Shown here in pieces: positions 58,516 through 64,000 of a stretch of DNA of 64,000 bases. The stretch comes from Eledone cirrhosa (lineage: Eukaryota): the NCBI GenBank assembly GCA_964016885.1, contig OZ024740.1, forward strand, positions 162,192,001-162,256,000. The letters run 5' to 3'. Numbering within the stretch: position 1 is the stretch's first letter; every line of letters begins with the position of its first letter. The position numbers and the translations under genes are program-made. The notes beneath the pieces are model-generated. The model did not search any database. It was not told the DNA's origin and saw only the letters and a program-made list of their open reading frames with translations.

Positions 58516-60394
58516 CACCTCCAACGAGAAACGTTTATTTGTGAGTGCCTGTTAAACCCTCACGAAAATATACCGACAGGAAACTTGTTTTATTTGGAGA
58601 AAATTAAGAAGCTGAAAGTACAGTTTAACTCTCTACGTGCATTGTTCATAGAAATATTGTTGAGCCCCTTCTTTTCATACTCCTCTGTTTTGGCCTATTG
58701 GAGTAAATGTGAAAGAGAAAGTCACAGGTTAAGTTGGCAGAAGGTTCCAGTGTCATAGCAGTAAGGCGTAGGCTACTTACCTCAAAAGTTCATTCGCACT
58801 CTTTCCACTAAGTTACTCTTTCCCTCTATCCCTGTCCGTGCAGTCCCTTGCGAATTTCTCGCGTAGGCCTGGTGTAGATTTGCACCTGATCCATCTGCCC
58901 GATGCACATGTCCGCTTTGTACGGCTTTTGGAGGAAGGGGTGACCAGCAGTACGTTGTTCGGTATTATTACGAAAAGGTGTAGCAGAGAATCCCGCGTGA
59001 ACTAACAACTCGGGGGGGGGGGGGTAACTGCTTACCTCGAAGATTCATTTGCAATCGTTCTTGTCAATGCTCCGTTTAGTTGGTATTTGTTGGTCTACAG
59101 TTAGATGAATGGCGCACAAAGGGTTAATGTTTATTGGCAAGAAGTGGCAACTGGGCTGGCTTGCCTCGCTTATATTATATATTAAAATAACAGATTAAAG
59201 TTTAAGCAAAGAATCGCTGCTTTCACCCTTAACGGAAACTAAAAAAAAAATCAATCTGTGATCGCAGAAGTAAATATTTCGAATAACGTTGCAACCGAAG
59301 GAGAACAGGAAGACGATATTTGGTTCGAGAAGACGTTCCCTGGCAATGAACGGAAAATAGCGAACATAATACGTCATCAATGTTTGTCAGAATGTCGTAA
59401 TGCAGACAGCCAGGCATACAGACAGACATTACAAGGGCGCGACGGAGATGGATAACCGGCGCCTAACACCTCTTTAACAACAGAAAATTGAAAAATAAAA
59501 GCTGCAGTTAACATCTTTAGACCGCAAGGAATATATAAATGCAAGTTTGAAGTCAATCGGAGTAGAAATGTGGATTTGTATAGACTTTGCAAAAATGAGG
59601 ACTCACAGACATGTACAGTTTTATATATATGTATATATATATATATAGTAATAATAATAAATTTTAAGACTAAAATCCAAAGAAGATATAAATATACATA
59701 TATATATATATATATATACATATGTGTGTGTATGTGTGTGTGTGGGCGTGCATGTGTGTGAGCTATGTATTTAGGCAATATGTATTTTGTCATTATGTAC
59801 ATATAACCTTACTTACGAACTTTTGTAAATATCATTGCAACTTTTTCTTATTTTTTGTTCAGATTTATGCAAATATATTTTAAATATAATTATGTTTTCT
59901 TGATAGTCGCTATGTAACTCGAACTAAATTTTAAAAATAGACTTTTGTGTATTGAAAACGTCTTCACAATAAAAAAAACATATCTAACTTGATTTCAAAT
60001 GTTCAATTGTGTTGACAACCGCAAGAATATCAAGAATACAAATATTGTTATGAGAGGCGTTTAAAGTTCTGTACATTTTTTTATATTGTTATTTGAGAGC
60101 TACATCAATAAATTTCTGTTTTACATGAAAAAGAATTTAGTATACTTTAGGCAACAAACATACTAAAGTTTGATATATACAAATGGTGCATGAAAATACT
60201 CAAAGATTATTTGCTGATTCTATGATCATGGTTAACAAATAACGATCAATGGAACTTCTTGCTCGTGAAATTATAAAACCAGAAGAACATACATACATAC
60301 ATACATACATACATACATACATACATACATACATACAGACGTACCTACATACGTACCTACATACATACATATATACATACATATATACATACAT

Positions 60395-60960
60395 ACAGAT
60401 ATTATGATATGGGACAGGGAGAAGAAAGCATGTACAGTAGTGGAAATTAGCTGCCCAGCAGATGCCAATATAATATCAAAGATTAGCGAAAAGGAGAATA
60501 TTTATGCAGAACTGATGAGAAATCTGCAGATACTCCACCCTGATTACACCTTCAGATTTAAGCCTGTGATTATTGGGGCACTGGGTTATGTTAGTAACAG
60601 CTTCAATACAAATCTTGAGAAACTAGGCTTCACAGGAACAGAAAGAACACAACTAGTTAGGAAATTACAAGTACAATCCATTAATGGAACAGTAAAAATA
60701 TGTAAAACATTCCAAAAATGTTGCATCTAATAACTGCATATACACATGTACAGTTACAAAGCATATACACATGCACACATACAACTCAAAACATCCACAT
60801 CCACACATACAATAACATCCATATCTACACATGCATGCATGCATACACAATCTACCTAGTTATTGTTGTGTAAATTCCAATGAGAGAGTCTTGTGTCTAT
60901 GTTAGAAACCAACTCTCTCTCTATTGATAAAACTTTGTGAAATTATAAAACCAGAAGAAC
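60395..60960 (+). mobile_element. REL-endonuclease non-LTR retrotransposon 3' end (R4/Dong-like)
   Basis: DIMIWDREKKACTVVEISCP...K..IY...PVIIGALG; bounded by (ATAC)n/(ATCC)n. Confidence 0.85.
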
Positions 60961-61054
60961 ATCCATCCATCCATCCATCCATCCATCCATCCATCCATCC
61001 ATACATACATACATACATACATACATACATACATACTTACATACATACATACTT

Positions 61055-61737
61055 ACTGCACAAAAGAGGAGGGCCAGCAGCTGACAATAAATGTAAAACA
61101 AAGATCGAGGATGTAAGCCACATTGTTGCCAGCTGCGAAAGATTGTCATCTCGCTACTACCTCCCCATGAGACACGATGGGATAGCTAGAACCATCTGGA
61201 ACGCACTTCGGAAAACAAAATTAACAACAAACGAGGAAGAATATATTGAGACAGAAGGCACTAAGGAATACTGGTGGAACCTGAAAATAAAAACTGCCAC
61301 CAAATTAAAGCACAACCGGCCTGATATTGTAGTTTGGGACCAAACATTGAAAACATGTTCTGTTGTGGAGATCAGCTGCCTACTTGATGTAAACGTTGTC
61401 AGAAAAATACAGGAGAAGGGGGACATCTGCGGACCATTGATGAGGAGTTTACATATCCAGTATCCAAGATACACCTTTAGCTTCATATACAATATTTTTG
61501 GTGCTACGGGTTATATACCAACCCGCTTGGACCAAAGTATGACTGAACTTGGATTTGCGGACAAAAAGCGCAGCTCCCTAATTCATAGTCTGCAAATGGC
61601 TGCGATAGCTGGCACCTTCAAAATTTGTAAAACATTCTTGCGATTCAAGGGATGACAATTTCTTTTCTTTTACAACCTTGCCACCAGGAAGGTGGCCGGT
61701 CAAAAAAATATACTCGAAATTAAGAGAAAGAGAAAAC
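61055..61737 (+). mobile_element. REL-endonuclease non-LTR retrotransposon 3' end (R4/Dong-like), second subfamily
   Basis: C..KIEDVSHIVASC (partial CCHC knuckle), RHD, HNRPDIVVWD...VEISC; bounded by (ATAC)n. Confidence 0.9.
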
Positions 61738-62105
61738 ATACTTACATACATACATACATACATATATACATACATATATATTGCCCCAATATAATAATTT
61801 CAGTGCAAGTGTCAACAGTGAATCTCAAGTAAAATCGATCTGAGCTGCAGCTTAAACGTAAAACTCTTCTTTATACACTGTATAGTATTTCACACTGCCA
61901 ATGCTATCAAGTCATCAATTCCTTATCCATTCCATTTTCATCGACCGTATGCCACAACGAATATGTTTCTAAATAGTTTTAGTCCACACGAGCCAATCTT
62001 GTATATTGTTTACGTACTACATTTGCCAAAACTAACCGGATTACAAGAGGTAGGAATATGAATATGTCGAGACGACGAAAGAACCTTATTTCATACATAC
62101 GTCAG

Positions 62106-62161
<56 letters not shown>

Positions 62162-62164
62162 TCA

Positions 62165-62226
<62 letters not shown>

Positions 62227-62236
62227 AATATATTTA

Positions 62237-62423
62237 TATATTTAATATAGAAATGGCTTCTACAGGACTGGAACTGTTTCATTCGAAGGAAATCATCAGA
62301 AATGATGATTTCTCTCGAATGAAACAGTTCCAGTCCTGTAGAAGCCATTTCTATATTAAATATTTATACTCTGCTATGTATTGAGTACCTTACTTACTGT
62401 GGTTACCCCCGCTTGAACTCGGG

Positions 62424-62425
<2 letters not shown>
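62237..62425. mobile_element. Short foldback PLE-type 3' end whose apex lies at an HHR core; tail duplicated at 62581-62655
   Basis: Hairpin 62237-62363; minus strand reads CTGATGA-TTTC cttc GAAT-GAAA-CAGTTCCAG-TC-CTGTAG. Confidence 0.72.
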
Positions 62426-62510
<85 letters not shown>

Positions 62511-62650
62511 CATACATGCGTGTGTCTATGTGTACATACACACTCACACACACACGCACGCATGCGTGCACACACACACACTATATTAAATATTTATACT
62601 CTGCTATGTATTGAGTACCTTACTTACTGTGGTTACCCCCGCTTGAACCC

Positions 62651-62714
<64 letters not shown>

Positions 62715-62763
62715 CGTGTGCCTATGTGTACATACACACTCACACACACACGCATGCATGCGT

Positions 62764-62805
<42 letters not shown>

Positions 62806-64000
62806 CTATATATATATTAAAGGATTAATCAAAGTTACTCTTGCAGAAAGCAACACAAGTCGAATCATATGAGAAGGTCCCTTTCTCTCTCAATGACACA
62901 GGAAAAATGAATCCATTGTATCAGCTTGGCAACTCAGTAGGTTTAGAAGGAAATGAGCGTGAACAGTCCGTGTGTATGCCCTATACACATATATCATTTC
63001 ATCTTTTTGTTTTTAGGATTTTTGATATTTCTTATATTAGTTCTTTATGAATAGTTTGGAACAATAGCCTTCTTAAATTTATATTATTAACATTTCGAGG
63101 TCTTCATAGCCTCATTTACAGGTTAGAATGATTGTATTATGTCTATATCATTCACATCCTTAGTATTGGTCATAGAGAATCATATGATTACTAATGACAT
63201 TATGGAGACCGGCTTTATAGATTATTCAATCGTTAAAGCCTGGTATAGTTTTAAAGTTAATTTTGGTATTAGTAAATCCTCTATAGTTACCCGTCTCTTC
63301 TATATGTTATCAACTAGTTTTCTATCTAATTTTATTGCATGCACTCTGTGATTATGATTTTGCGCTGGCTCCTTGTTGTGAATGTAACATTTTGAGTCGT
63401 GATGTTTAAAACTTTCATATTTACGTATATTATTTTGGTCATCTGAAGTACTTTCTGTAGTTTACCAGTTTGTGGTTTCTCTTTGAGGTGGAGGTTTTTT
63501 CATTTTGGTATTTTTGTAAAATATTCTAACTATGAGTTTCTTGTTAGGAATAATACATATAGTGTTTTGTTTTATGACATATCCATTCTATAAGTAACAT
63601 GCATTTGATTCCTGTGAGTTAGTGCAATCTTACCCGGCGCTACATCTATAATACCAATGTAAATTTATTATCATATAATTCTACGGTTTAGTCTACAAAT
63701 GAATACCAGTTTTAACTAATGTTTTTATTACAAGTGAGAGTTGCTTACCTAAAGCTTCTCTAGAGGACGAACATTTTGAAGTTTGACTTCAAAATAGGCA
63801 TTTATATTTGCGTTTTGCATGTGCTATATCTGTTACCTCTTTTCCTGGTGATGTGTGAATTGACATATACACCCACAACACGAACTATGCAAGCAGGGCT
63901 TATAGAAGAGAAAAATGTTTAAGTTGGTAACCGAAAAGCCAAGGAGAGCACCAAATCCCTAACCCTCTTTGAACTTTTAGTGGTGTTCGCCACCCGTTCG

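Overview
AT-rich, repeat-saturated eukaryotic non-coding DNA, most likely from an octopus-type cephalopod (inferred from the SINE family and the extreme (TA)n/(CA)n/(GA)n density). I found no convincing host gene, and nearly all ORFs in the track are microsatellite artefacts. Recognisable content: about 20 copies of a tRNA-derived SINE; RTE-clade LINE fragments; several Penelope-like element (PLE) fragments (RT, GIY-YIG); a rearranged Helitron plus non-autonomous Helitron ends; a TIR/TSD-bounded Chapaev3-like (Transib/RAG1-related) transposon; hAT and mariner remnants; and REL-type non-LTR 3' ends inside (ATAC)n. The main hidden signal is RNA structure. At least 8 unrelated short repeat families, wedged between (TA)n tracts and often folded back on themselves, carry minimal type-I hammerhead ribozyme (HHR) motifs (more than 20 copies). 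One family (about 7.0, 17.4, 23.5/24.1 and 34.9 kb) has all hammerhead core elements in a reversed, pseudoknotted strand order, with covarying stems and fixed linker lengths. It is a candidate new hammerhead topology. All structures were read by eye, and element boundaries are approximate unless stated.
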